The notes under the pieces were generated by a model, which saw only the letters and a list, made by a program, of their open reading frames with translations, had not been told where the DNA came from and made no database searches. Position numbers and translations under genes: made by a program. A stretch of DNA of 63,101 nucleotides, counting the filler, from Folioceros fuciformis (Eukaryota), in the NCBI GenBank assembly GCA_049999805.1. It is 6 parts of 6 records of this genome, joined end to end, with 100 filler letters (N's around TTAATTAATTAA, not from the genome) between each part and the next. Parts side by side here need not be neighbours in the genome. Positions count along the whole stretch, not along the records: positions 35,818 to 42,226 come from JBNGIO010001196.1; positions 42,327 to 59,203 come from JBNGIO010001198.1; 4 more parts are not named here. One strand, 5' to 3'. Below are positions 36,524-47,686 of the stretch, in pieces; the first letter of the stretch is position 1; every line of letters starts with the position of its first letter.

Positions 36524-37228
36524 TCACAGTGCATGTTTTTGCCACTGCAGAATCTGCCCCCACACACCTCTTCTAATTGCAGGCTTGGAGTTTCTCATAT
36601 CAACTTTGTTATAAATATTTGTGGAGCACGAGGAACATATATTGGGTAAGGCAAACCTTCGTACATGTTCTGCCTTACACGCACGCTTACAAGCTATCTT
36701 TCTGAAGGCTGAATCATTACTTTGCTTGGATTTCAGCAGCACGACAAGCTTGCTGTCCAAGTAAGAAATTTGTTCCTTCAAATATTGTAAGTCCACGCTT
36801 GTTGTAGATAAATGTCCTCGTATTTCATTGCAGCATCTGCCTAAAATCTTATTGCTTGTCTTAAGACGTTGAATTATTGTATTAACATCTATATGTGTGA
36901 CAGGCTCAGCAAAAGAAGGATCATAAAAATTATGTCCTACAATGCCTTTCTGTACACATCCTCTTGATGAATTTAATAATCCTTGTGAAGGAAGACCAAA
37001 CAACAGATTCGACTGTATTGGGTAAAGTGCTGCAATTAAAACATTGAAAGCTATTTGTAAATCAGTAATAAAAAAAGATTGTGACTGATTAATTTGGCTC
37101 CACTGTAGAATTCTTTGATGGAGTTGGGATGCAACTGACAATCCATCAAAAATTCTAGCTTTATTATAAATAGGGATCCTTTCTATAGGACATCGATCCC
37201 TACGCTGGTGGTCATAATTACTGGCCAT
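36524..37228 (-). CDS. Unknown 234-aa extra ORF upstream of gag, Cys-rich C-terminus
   Basis: Uninterrupted 705-nt ORF in AT-rich DNA, start context gcagccATGg, stop 10 nt before gag ATG; no family recognised. Confidence 0.65.
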   Translation of the reverse strand: MASNYDHQRRDRCPIERIPIYNKARIFDGLSVASQLHQRILQWSQINQSQSFFITDLQIAFNVLIAALYPIQSNLLFGLPSQGLLNSSRGCVQKGIVGHNFYDPSFAEPVTHIDVNTIIQRLKTSNKILGRCCNEIRGHLSTTSVDLQYLKEQISYLDSKLVVLLKSKQSNDSAFRKIACKRACKAEHVRRFALPNICSSCSTNIYNKVDMRNSKPAIRRGVWGQILQWQKHAL

Positions 37229-37836
37229 GGCTGCCAGATAATTTCTTGAATTTTAAAATGCAGAAACTTTGCATTGTTTGTTTTCTTTATTTGATATTTG
37301 ACATATAATTGTGCCAGCCAAGCAGCTACTCTTGTGGGCCTTCATTTAATTAATCTAAGTATCAATTCAGATGGAAGTGCATTAGATTATCTACCTGATT
37401 ATGTAGAATCTATATGCATTCATCAAATTAATCAAGAATGAAAGCATTCTTTTAAAGATTATGTTTCTTGAAATTCTATTAATTTCAAAACAAGAAACCA
37501 AACAAATATAAAATTGCACACATTTTTTTATGCACAATTTTGTTGTGCATCCATCTAAATACAATCAACAACAAACATGGCTCTGATATCGTGACAAATT
37601 ATGGAGGTAAATGCAAAGGAATTATATTAAAACATTGAGATTTACATTACTGGTTCAAGAAAAAAGACTTAGTTTACAAAACATGAAACTCAACTTAAAC
37701 TAACTGAAACGTTGTAGTTGTTCACTTATGACGTGACTCTTATGCAACATCACTTAAATATTCTAAACATAACTCTACATATCTTATCTTAAAAGCACAA
37801 ACCCTTTAATCATTATCAGCACTAGTTATCATTACA

Positions 37837-39929
37837 AATAGTCCCATCTCTCAACAACAGTGATTGGCGGGGGTGGAGTGGCGAAAGGGTCGGGCTTTGA
37901 AAGGGTGCTGTGGACGATCTTCCAAACGCCTTGGCCAATAAGGATCGACTTCATCCGAATGTGCCACATAGGGTAGTGTTGACCATTGAATCGGTCTTTC
38001 TCTCTAATGTGGTCGGTGAAGACGGGAATTGAGCCGGTGGAGGAAGTACTAGCCATGGCAGCTGGAGCGTTAATTGAAAGCGAGTTGAAGTGCTGTATAA
38101 GCTGGTCCACAACCTCCCTGTAGGTTTTTGGTCATAAACTCATGTGCTTAGGACCACTCAGTGTTTGACTAGTCTGGAATTTGCAAGCTATCCACCTCCA
38201 ATTTTGCTATATGACGAAGGCGAAAGACTAGGTCCACCAAACACTAAGTTGTGTGCTTGAGGTGATCCCACAGAAGAAAAGTTTGATCCGCAAAAGCCAA
38301 AGATTCCAGTTGTAGGATAGGCGAAGCTGGCTCAATCTTCACTTGCGCATATTCTGGTGGCGGTTCAAAACTCCTAAGGTCCAAGCGCTGGTGTGAAACG
38401 GCGCCAGGGACAACCGGTTCAGAATTGGTGTCCGAAAAAACTGCGTTCACACCGGTTGGGGCGGCCCAAATTGATTCAACGCCAAAATAGCAACTTAAGT
38501 TGCAGTTTCGCGGGCGGGGCAGCATTTCGCTTGCGAAACGACAACTTAAGTTGTTGTTTTGGCCCGGGCACCGCTTCGCGGAAGCGTTGGGCTCCGCCTG
38601 CCCGTAGTGCGCTGCTACGTCACGGCACTCCACCTCCAGCATCTCCAGCAAGTGCGATCGGCTGCGGGCGCTGGATCAGCGAGCCAGGGCGCCTCCTCCT
38701 GCTAAGCCCTATGTTTGAATTTGGTGGATTTTAAGTCAGGATCAGCTGAGAATTGCTTCTCATCTTGCAATCTTCCACTCCCCCTTAGATCAGCCTCAAT
38801 TCTCGACGTAGTTTGCTCGATTCTGGCATCATTTGGCAGAAGTTGAGTAATAGGGGGCAGATCCTCTGTGGGAATACCTTCTCCCCCTACACGCCTGTAG
38901 ATTGGGGGAAAATTGAGCCAATTTAGAGATACTTAGATCAACCGAGCTCCAATCCCCCTCTTCCCCAATCAGGCTCCAATCAACAATTTCTCGTGAGTTG
39001 AGGAGCCTAGATCTTGGCAGAGGAAGGACGCCCTGTAGGCGCGACCAGCCTTGGTTTGAAATGGCTGTGAATGGGGCATCAGCGCCTCCGATCGGTGTGC
39101 CCAAAGATCCTCCTTCTTCTTCTTCTTCTCCATGAGAGTGTATATGATAAAACCGTGCCTACTTGTGTCCACGAGAGGGGCTTGTAAGGGCCAATGCACT
39201 GGACTTCATCAAAACTCCACAATTAAGAGCCCAACCCACGGATCAATATTTGGATGGGGAGCCTTACATAGGGTTCTCATGGTTCAATACAGTTTTTTTT
39301 TTGTTTTTTTGTTCTTTTAAAACGAGATACACATCTAGAGCTCTTGCAGCTCTTTTAAAACAAGATACACATCTAGAGCTCTTGCAGGCCGTCGTGCTCT
39401 CTAGAAAATCTTCTTTCTAGATGTATAGTATTCTCAACCACCTAAGACTCATATCTTGAATCCTTAAAAACCCTCAATGATCTTGTGAAGTGAATTTTCT
39501 TCCATATTTTCTAATGATTTCTAAGAACTAGTCTAGGACCATTGGAGCCCAGCATACTCTACAGAAACACTACAAATCTAATATGATATGCTATCTAATT
39601 TGCTCTTTATCAACAGAGACAAAGAAGAGATAGCAAGCAAGTCCATGGCGGATCATGGCTCTGATACCATGTGAAAATCCTAGCAGTAGGATTGCATCTA
39701 ATCTAGCATGATTAGGATTGCATCTAGTTCAGCATGAGTAAGACGCCATGCTCAGAAAGATATTTCGTGTTAATCTACAAAAGGTGTGTACAAAGTGTGT
39801 CTTAAATAGTGTCATTGGGTGTCTCTTCCGAAGGGGCACACCCGTTCGTAATTATTAAATACTATTAATTACGGTCTACGATAACTAGCTGGTCAGCAGG
39901 GTTATGGGCATATTATCCATTCCGTAACA
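37837..39929 (-). mobile_element. Second copia element: LTR 39670-39929, PBS 39658-39669, ~1.5-kb leader, gag start truncated by nested insertion
   Basis: Perfect TGGTATCAGAGC PBS; TG...CA LTR; gag DRFNGQHYPMWHIRMKSILIGQGVW (37837-38110) cut at the neighbouring LTR edge. Confidence 0.88.
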
Positions 39930-40560
39930 CTCCCTCGTAAGCTGAACGTAACTTGACCAGTGGTGGAGGCTATCTCCCATGGAGCGCGATGCTCCTCTTT
40001 GATGCGCTCCCTTTGAAGGCTAATGAGAGCCTGTACATGCCATCTTGAGGTACGGCACTAAAGAGGTACAAGTCAGGATTCGTGGTCCTGAAAAAGTAGC
40101 ATGACCCCCTTGAAGCAAGCATCTTAAGATCGTCTTGCTTCAACAGCTGAGTCATGGAGACCAGGTTCTTGCCCATCTATGGGACTAGGAGCACATGCTC
40201 CAAGGTAAGCACCAAATTGTCCTCGAGGGGAAATTTGCAAGTGCCTTGTCCTATGATTGGCAAGTTGGATCTACTCTGTTCGTCACCAAGTAACACCCTT
40301 TCCTTGAGAGGACGAGTATCCAGCTTGGTGAATAGAGTACGATCGTTGCATATGTGGGCAGTGGCTCCATTGTCAAGATACCACCCGGCATCTTGATGCA
40401 ACTGGGTGTTGAGGCAAACCGTAAGTATCTTTACAGTTTTTGTCTCCACTATGATGGCATTCCCCTTAACTGCAATACTGGCTGCCTGTCACAAGTCAGC
40501 CTTCTACGGCTCTCTGGCCTCTTTCTTATCTTTGGATAATCTCTTGTCCTCTTTTTCGGA
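39930..40560 (-). mobile_element. Copia protease fragment running directly into PPT
   Basis: WYLDNGATAHICNDRTLF, LEHVLLVP*MGKNLVSMTQL; PPT-like cttacgagggag (39930-39941) abutting LTR. Confidence 0.85.
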
Positions 40561-40609
40561 TAATGATGTGGATTATCCATTCCGTAAGATATGAAGACAA
40601 GAGCCCTAC

Positions 40610-40985
40610 ACCCATGGTGCACGCAAACCGTGATTTCTTCAACTTGCGGATGAAGGACAATGAGCCTATTGAGGGCTATATACACAAGTTTAGAACTCTA
40701 AGGGCTAACTTGGCTTGTTGTGTCACTGTGTTATCAGAAGTTCAAGCAAATGTCAGCCTTCTTGCTTCTTTGCCAGACACTTAAAGCCATTTGGTTAGTT
40801 CTCAAAATGCAACTATAAGATCAGCAGTTCAAGCAACAACTACTAGCAGCACACCTGCTATTACTACCTGGTCATGAGAGCCTAACTCTCACTGGAGTGC
40901 TCTATGTTCCTGCTATGACAAAGAATCTCATATATGTCTTAAAGCTCTCTCAAGAACACAAGTGTAAAGTTTGTTTTGACCACAT
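40610..40985 (+). mobile_element. Copia gag and protease fragments, opposite orientation
   Basis: FFNLRMKDNEPIEGYIHKFRTL...LLASLPDT*; LTLTGVLYVPAMTKNLI. Confidence 0.75.
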
Positions 40986-42047
40986 AGATTGACTTCTTCC
41001 TTAGGCTTATGTCATCATCCATGCCTTTCAGGTCCAACAACCCAGCAAGAACCTTCTCTGTTGTCGATATGAGGATTTGCTGGCCACACTCCCTTGGTGG
41101 TATCCCTTGGAACGGCTTCCATGGCTTTGCGAGCATATTCTTCGGCTTCACGTAGCCAGCATCAACCTTTTTCACATCATCAAATGCTTTGCACTTGCCT
41201 TTTCCTTTCTTGTTCATGCCTACTGCTACATGTTTCCACTATTCCAGCAATTCACAAGCTTCCCATTTGCTGAATATCTTGTCTATGTTTTCCCAGACCT
41301 TCCCTTCCTGCTTGGCTATGCACAATATGTGTGTCCAATTATCCAACTTCGTCTACTTGTAAACATCATCTTCTCAACCCTGGTCATCCTCGATTAGTCC
41401 CAAGACCTTGTACAAGTTGAACTTCCATGCCATGGTGTGGAGGCAAAACCCCGGGCATTGATTGCCAACGGGTTCCACCTTTAGTGGCCACACTTATCCC
41501 ACTGTCGTTGAGACATAGGGTTTCGTTCCCACGAAGGAGCGATGGGGTTCCTTGCTGTTGTGGATGGAGGGTCGGACTTGATCGACTCGATGATGGATTC
41601 GAGGGCTCCCCTCCAGCTCCGCTCAGGCGTAGGACAGGCCTCGCTGTCCGGCGGTTAGCTGCACCTCTCTCGATGCCCACAAACTCACTCCAGTCAGTAC
41701 AACGACCCTAACCTCTTAGATCTGCGACTTCCCTCACTCACTTCACTCACTCTCTCACTCCAGCACCAACACCAGCAACTAACAATGACACCACTACCTT
41801 CTACACTTCCCTACTGACTCCTCCTACCCGGCAAGAGTCACTAGACTAACCCCAAAGAAAAGAAAGAAGGGAACACACTCCCCTCTTGGATATCTCCCCC
41901 TTACAACCTTACCAGACACCATGAAACATGGTCGGCCTATAGCACTTGTCCAAACAGGGAACAAGAGTGGACAGGTCGAGAGAAAGACACATCCTTTACA
42001 ATCGAGAGCTAGGGGCAAGCCCCTTCACCCTGGTCATTACACCTTGT

Positions 42048-42211
42048 GATCCTACCAGACACTATACAACCGGCAACACGCTGCCCGCGATCCTACCAGA
42101 CACTGTACAGCCGGCAACACGCTGCCTGCAATCCTACCAGACATTGTACAGCCGGCAACACGCGGCTTGCGATCCTACTAGACGTTGCACAGCCGGCAAC
42201 ACACTGCAGGT
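42048..42211. repeat. Tandem repeat, 41-bp unit x4
   Basis: gatcctaccagacactgtacagccggcaacacgctgcc(c/t)gc units starting at 42048, 42089, 42130, 42171. Confidence 0.9.
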
Positions 42212-42226
42212 CCTAAACCAAGTAGG

Positions 42227-42326
42227 NNNNNNNNNNNNNNNNNNNNNNNNNNNNNNNNNNNNNNNNNNNNTTAATTAATTAANNNNNNNNNNNNNNNNNN
42301 NNNNNNNNNNNNNNNNNNNNNNNNNN
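42227..42326. other. Assembly gap linker
   Basis: N44-TTAATTAATTAA-N44. Confidence 0.97.
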
Positions 42327-42428
42327 GGGCCTTGCCTTTTCCCTTCATCCGGGCCTTGCCTTTTCCCTTCATCCGGGCCTTGCCTTTTCCCTTCATCCGG
42401 GCCTTGCCTTTTCCTTTCATCCGGGCTT
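42327..42428. repeat. Tandem repeat, 24-bp unit x4 (truncated by gap)
   Basis: gggccttgccttttcccttcatcc; reads MKGKGKAR repeats on the minus strand. Confidence 0.92.
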
Positions 42429-45400
42429 TGTCCCATTTCCTCTTGTATCTGTCCGTTAGCTCACCTTTTATTCATGGGCCCTCAGCAATTCCTACTGCAT
42501 TTCTTGGTTGGTCTCATGGGCCTCTTTGACTTGAGCTAGGAGCAATTCCTGTTGTAATTCTTGGTTGGTTTCATGGGCCTCTTTGACTTGAGCTAGGAGC
42601 AATTCCTCCTGCTCCTTCAGTGTTTTCATTTTCTCTCAAGTTCGGTGGGCTTCTTCTTCTGCTTGCTCCTTGGCTGCACTCAGGGTTTGTCGAATTTCCT
42701 CCAGCTGCTGCCAACTTGCCTCAGCCTCAATTAGATTCTCCTATGCCTTTGCTTCCTTATGCCCCTGCATACTTAATCAGGTCAGTGCCTTGGTAGCTTG
42801 GTCCAACATATCCGCTTATGCCTGCACCATGGCCGTAGTCAGGCCTGGCAAGTCCACCTATTGTGGCTCGCTCCTAGAAGCCATTCTCTTGTCCAAAATC
42901 TGCCTTCCTAGTAGCGTGCGTACTCTGGCCAAATCCTTCTCTGGCAGCCTGGTCACCAGAGGAATGCTCTTGAAAATCCCTTCCCATCCTGAAAAGGGTT
43001 CCTCCTCCTGCACTTGCCCTAACTCACCCGCCACCTCAGCCAGGCCTGCTTCCTCTCCTGGCACTTTTTCTGAGGTGCATCCAACTCTTTGTTGGCCATC
43101 TTCTGGGCGACTTCCTGTTGCGCTGATTCGTCGTCACCTTGGCGAATCGCCCACCAACCTTCTTCTTCTTGGCAGGGGTCTTCCGCCCTGCTCCTGCCTC
43201 CCGCTTCCTGTTGCGCTGATTCGTCCGTCACCTTGGGGACTTGCCCACCAACCTCCTTCTTCTTGGCAGGGGTCTTCCGCCCTGCTCCTGCCTCCCGCTT
43301 CTTGCTGGTCGGGGCTTCCTCCTCTGAGCTCCCTGTGGCTCCTGATTCCCAACTGCTGGAGTCAGCCTCTTCCTTCAGCTCCTCCGGCCTCCACTTCACC
43401 TCTCGGACTGGCTTCCATATGTGTAAGGAGGCAACAACTTCAATCTCGGGTACCCATGTTCATGTGGCATATGGATTGTGTGTATGCAATGGGTGGCGGG
43501 TGGAATGTTGTGGTTGTTCTCTTGGCTGCAATGCATGCGGGTGTGTCCTGAGGGGTTGTGGCATGGGCTCGTGTGCCTGAATAGTGGTTGGCGCAGATGC
43601 TAACGCTGTACAGGGCGTTGGGGATGTTTATAGCTTACGACAAATTGTAACAATTCTACTTCCGCGTGCACGCAGCGATCGATGCAGCGATGCATTACGT
43701 TTTGTGGCTAGTGCTGGAGGACAACAAGAGAGGCTCCACAATTTACAATGCATATGTGGATGCAGTGCGGAAATTCGGGCACCCATAGCGAATACGCTCA
43801 GTCTATGCAGTAGAGCACAACCTCAAAGAGGCTGACATGAACCGTGCGCAGCCCAGGGCCCAAGGTAGCAACTTCATCTGGGGCCCTTTAGTTCACAATC
43901 AAGGGAGCGCAACCTTTTCCATGTGTATGATGTTGTGGGCACGAAGCACGGGGCTGGTTTGTGGCATAGTAGCTTCCTGTTTTCATAGCCTTGTCGTGAA
44001 ATTGGTGTGTACCCTCCTCTGCAAGAGAAAACCATTGACGCAGTCGTGATGACAGTGGATTGAGCACTTCTGGCGAGCATTGGGTGAGAAATGGGCATTC
44101 CTGTACAAGGGGTACCTGGTAGACTTGGTAAGGAGCAACGAATTGGATAAAACAAATCTGTGGCACATTCATTCCTTGCATGCTACGTTCATGCCCACCA
44201 TGAGGGGAGAGCTGGAACGATGGAGGCAAGTGTGGAATCGACATTGAGTACGGCGTATGAGGGGCCCGGATCGGGACATCTCAAGGCATGTCCCTGCAAT
44301 CGCTTTCCAAGAGGAAGAGCGGTTGCAGGGGTTGGTGCAGCCACCTTCGTATGGTGTAGTGGATGATGATGGAGAGGAGTATGCTGTCGGGGGCCCACAG
44401 TATGCGTAGAATGTGGCTCCGGAGATGCCCCGTTGAGGAGGATTGAGCTTCTGGATGGGGTGAGCTTCTGCAATTATGCAGGCGTGGTTGCAAGCTGTTG
44501 CTGTTGACCCGTAATTGACTTGTGCATGACTGTGCAATGGATGCCTGTTACCGCATTGTTCTTATAGGTTGAGTTGCCACGGTGGAGGAGATGGCAGATG
44601 TACATTTCCTTGTGCATGCAGTGCAGTTGAATAGGGGAAATTTGCATGCTTGTGGCAAGAGATTGGAGACCTGAACCCTGTTGTTGTTATATGTGGCTAG
44701 GAAATGTGGTTGCAGCTTGCATTTCGTGATGGTTGTTGGTAGCTGTAGGGGGTGTTTGCAAATGCAACTTGCAATTCCACATTCCATGTTGACAGGGCCA
44801 GACAACGAGTAGTTGAAGAGAGTGCTTCGTAAACAGAGGTGCACTGGCAATTTGTGGTGTAGCATTATGGGTGCAGTTTAAGTGTAGTGATTGTTGTAAT
44901 TGCAAACGTAGAGTGCATTTTGTGGCTGCACCGTGTGGGTAGAGCTATCGTTGTTGTTCGTGCATGTAGGATGTGTTGCAAGTTGTTGCTTTCGATGGAC
45001 TAGCCAAGCACAATATTGTAGTGGCGTTTCGGCATGTTGTCTGCAATTAACTTTTTTTTCTAGTTGCACCTTGCAAGCAACCCACCTCCACATTGTAGTT
45101 GCTTATTGTGGGTTGTGCTGATTGCAGGTGGTGGTAATTATAACCCACACTCCCTTCTGTGCTTTATGCAGGCATTGCAAGTCGCCCACGACAACGCTTA
45201 TATGAAAGGCCTGGAGGGTATGGACTGTTTGCCTGATATGTACGGCTTGCACTTGGCCTTGACCACATTGTGCAAAGAGTGCAAAAGCAGAATGGAGCCC
45301 TTGGATGCCTACCTACATGCTTGGATGCAGGAAGAGGCTACTCCGTGGGCGTGGATAGGCATTTGCCTGCTTTGCTCTCTGTAGTAATGGGGGGAGGGGG

Positions 45401-45810
45401 ATTTGCCCAGTGCCTTAGGGGTGTGTATGTTGTGGGGTGAGACCATGTGTAGGTTTGTCTTGCCCTCATAGTCTGTGAAATAAATGTGCCCATTTCATTC
45501 CCCACTATCGTTTGTTTGTCCCTTTGTCCTCCTCACATCGCATAGCGAGGAAGGCAAGAAGGAATGTCCTTTTGAGCAGGTTCTACATTGGAGTGGCAAA
45601 AACTCAGACGGTTAGGGGTGTCCATGGAGGCGACTATGTGTGCACAACAGACAACACGGTGAACGCTGAGGTGCGAAGGAAGGATGTTGAATCATGGATG
45701 CTAAACCCACAAGCCCTAACCCTAACTAAAAAAAAGTGAATGAGTGTGAGTGGAGGAGACGGACCCGAACGAGGGATAAAAGATAAAATAAGGGCACAAA
45801 AGATAAAATA

Positions 45811-45853
45811 AGGGCACAAAGTAGGTGTCCCGATAGCACCTACTTTGTGCCCT
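45811..45853. repeat. Perfect 17-bp inverted repeat (hairpin)
   Basis: agggcacaaagtaggtg-tcccgatag-cacctactttgtgccct. Confidence 0.9.
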
Positions 45854-46930
45854 ACGATCGAGGGGGCACATCTATTATGTCTAAAATGTTTGGACTGTAT
45901 ACGGCTGCCCTAGAGTTTGTGTGAAAGAGCTCCTGTCGGTATCGATATGCCATACACAACAGTGTAGGCAGACCATGGGGAAGAAGAGGTGTAGGCAGAC
46001 CATGGGGAAGAAGAGGATTGAAGACGTGTCAGAACTCTTTCGGAAGACACCATGGCTGCTGTGGCGCATAAGATGAATAGATAGTTATTCAAAGCAAAAT
46101 CCGACAACGGACATTCCTCCATCGTCCAAGAAAAAAAAAAAAAAAAAAAAAACTCTCAAACCTTAACGCCTCCCTTTCACCCGACTGCTCCTTTCACATC
46201 ATTCCCGACGTCACATCATTCGCGACATAGCGGTGGAGGGATGAGGATAGGGGGATTTGTTGAAGGGCCCAAGCACACCGCGAGGGAGAGCAGAGGACGG
46301 GGGTGGGATCAGATCAAGAGCCAGAGCAAGCTAGGTTCTGCTTGAAGAATTCAGCCGCGCGGGAAGTAGAGGCCCTTGAATGGGTGTCGAAAGGGATCTC
46401 TGTGCCATGCGGGGCTTCGAAAACTATGCTTGAAATGAGGTAGGGGAGGGCGGCCCTGGACAAACGCTGCGGTCCTGGATAAACGCTGTGATTGAGACAA
46501 GCCTTAGAAATGTCTCGTTTATCCAAGAGACCGAGCCCCCCCTAGAAATGTCTCGTTTATCCCAGGGTCCTGAGACACGGGCCTCAAGCCCTGCGATAAT
46601 GTAGTCAGACAAGAGGAGCGTTAGGTGCGTGCCCGTGTCGCAGACTCATGGTCTAATTCAGAGGAAATGAGAGCTTGAGTTGCGAGGGGCTGAGACCATG
46701 GAGAAGAAACCGTGAAGTGTACAAAACACACTGTTCTCGAACCCTTTTATCTTCTATTAGATGAAAGGCGCACAATTCTGAAAGCATGGCCGCTGTGGTG
46801 CACTGACCTCCTCGGGGAAGGCCCCGCAGCGGACAGCCCTCCACAGTGACGAACATAGGTAGAGATGCTAGGAGATACCCGGGGAGACAGTACTAAAATC
46901 TGACACCTCCCTCCGTCCGCTGTGGCCCGC

Positions 46931-47686
46931 CTACATTCTGGCCCAGCAGCGTGTACACAACGCCTGGCAATCGCCTTTGCAATCAATCTTGAATCCCAAT
47001 GCGCCAGGAGTTCGGAGAAGCAGATTCTTTAGCATGTTTCCAGAGATACCCCATGACTTCTCCAGGAACGCCACATTTTTCTTCATGTCCTCTTCAACAA
47101 GCAGTCCTAACGCTTCAGGAAACTTTTGCAATAATTTCCCAAGCTCGGGGTCTGATAGTCCAAGCTCTCTAAGGTAGCTTAGCACTGCGGCGACAGAACC
47201 CGGGTCGGGAAGTGTCCTGTGCTTCTCCTCTCCCCAGTAGGCAGACCGTCTCCATCCAAATGCTTTTGAGACCATCCCATGGGCTTCCTCTGCGCTGAAC
47301 CCCAGGTTAATCACGCCCTCACAGCTCCGTCGCCACTTCTCTTGCTCGATTACGCTCAGCTCCGCCCCCGACAAGGATGCACTGTCTCTTGTGCTTGCCA
47401 CGCTCAAGATCGGGCTGGCCCGCTGGTCGGTTGTCCATTCACACGCGTTATGAGGGTCCCATGGCACAAATGCTCTGGATGCGCGCCGCCTTCCTCCACA
47501 TCTGACGTTCCTTAGGGTACCTTCGGCAGAACTTGAACATGGTAAGGACGCCTGATTCTGTAAAAGGTCGAGGCAAGAGAGGCACGGCTCAGAAGACGTG
47601 TGACAGCCAGAAGTTAGAATTCGTGGCTGAACAAACACACCTTGGCACGGTGTGTTCCAGAGACAGGGTGATCCGCCACATTGCAT
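46931..47686 (-). CDS. Organellar mTERF-family protein (mTERF12/At4g09620-like), intronless
   Basis: KAFGW...YWGEE, YLRELGLSD.EL.KLLQKFPEALG, LLRTPGALG, C-terminal DCKGDCQALCTRCWAR; first ATG at 47686. Confidence 0.85.
   Translation of the reverse strand: MQCGGSPCLWNTPCQGVFVQPRILTSGCHTSSEPCLSCLDLLQNQASLPCSSSAEGTLRNVRCGGRRRASRAFVPWDPHNACEWTTDQRASPILSVASTRDSASLSGAELSVIEQEKWRRSCEGVINLGFSAEEAHGMVSKAFGWRRSAYWGEEKHRTLPDPGSVAAVLSYLRELGLSDPELGKLLQKFPEALGLLVEEDMKKNVAFLEKSWGISGNMLKNLLLRTPGALGFKIDCKGDCQALCTRCWARM

Larger units (their letters stand above)
35818..37836 (-). mobile_element. Ty1/copia element 5' part: LTR (~37592-37836), degenerate PBS (37580-37591), extra ORF, gag
   Basis: gctctgatatcg PBS variant next to a TG...CA-bounded ~245-bp LTR; gag at 35869-36513. 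Confidence 0.85.

Noticed and set aside
40990..41720. Degenerate minus-strand coding-like segment (possible TE ORF)
   Set aside because: Multiple stops and no motif I can assign confidently
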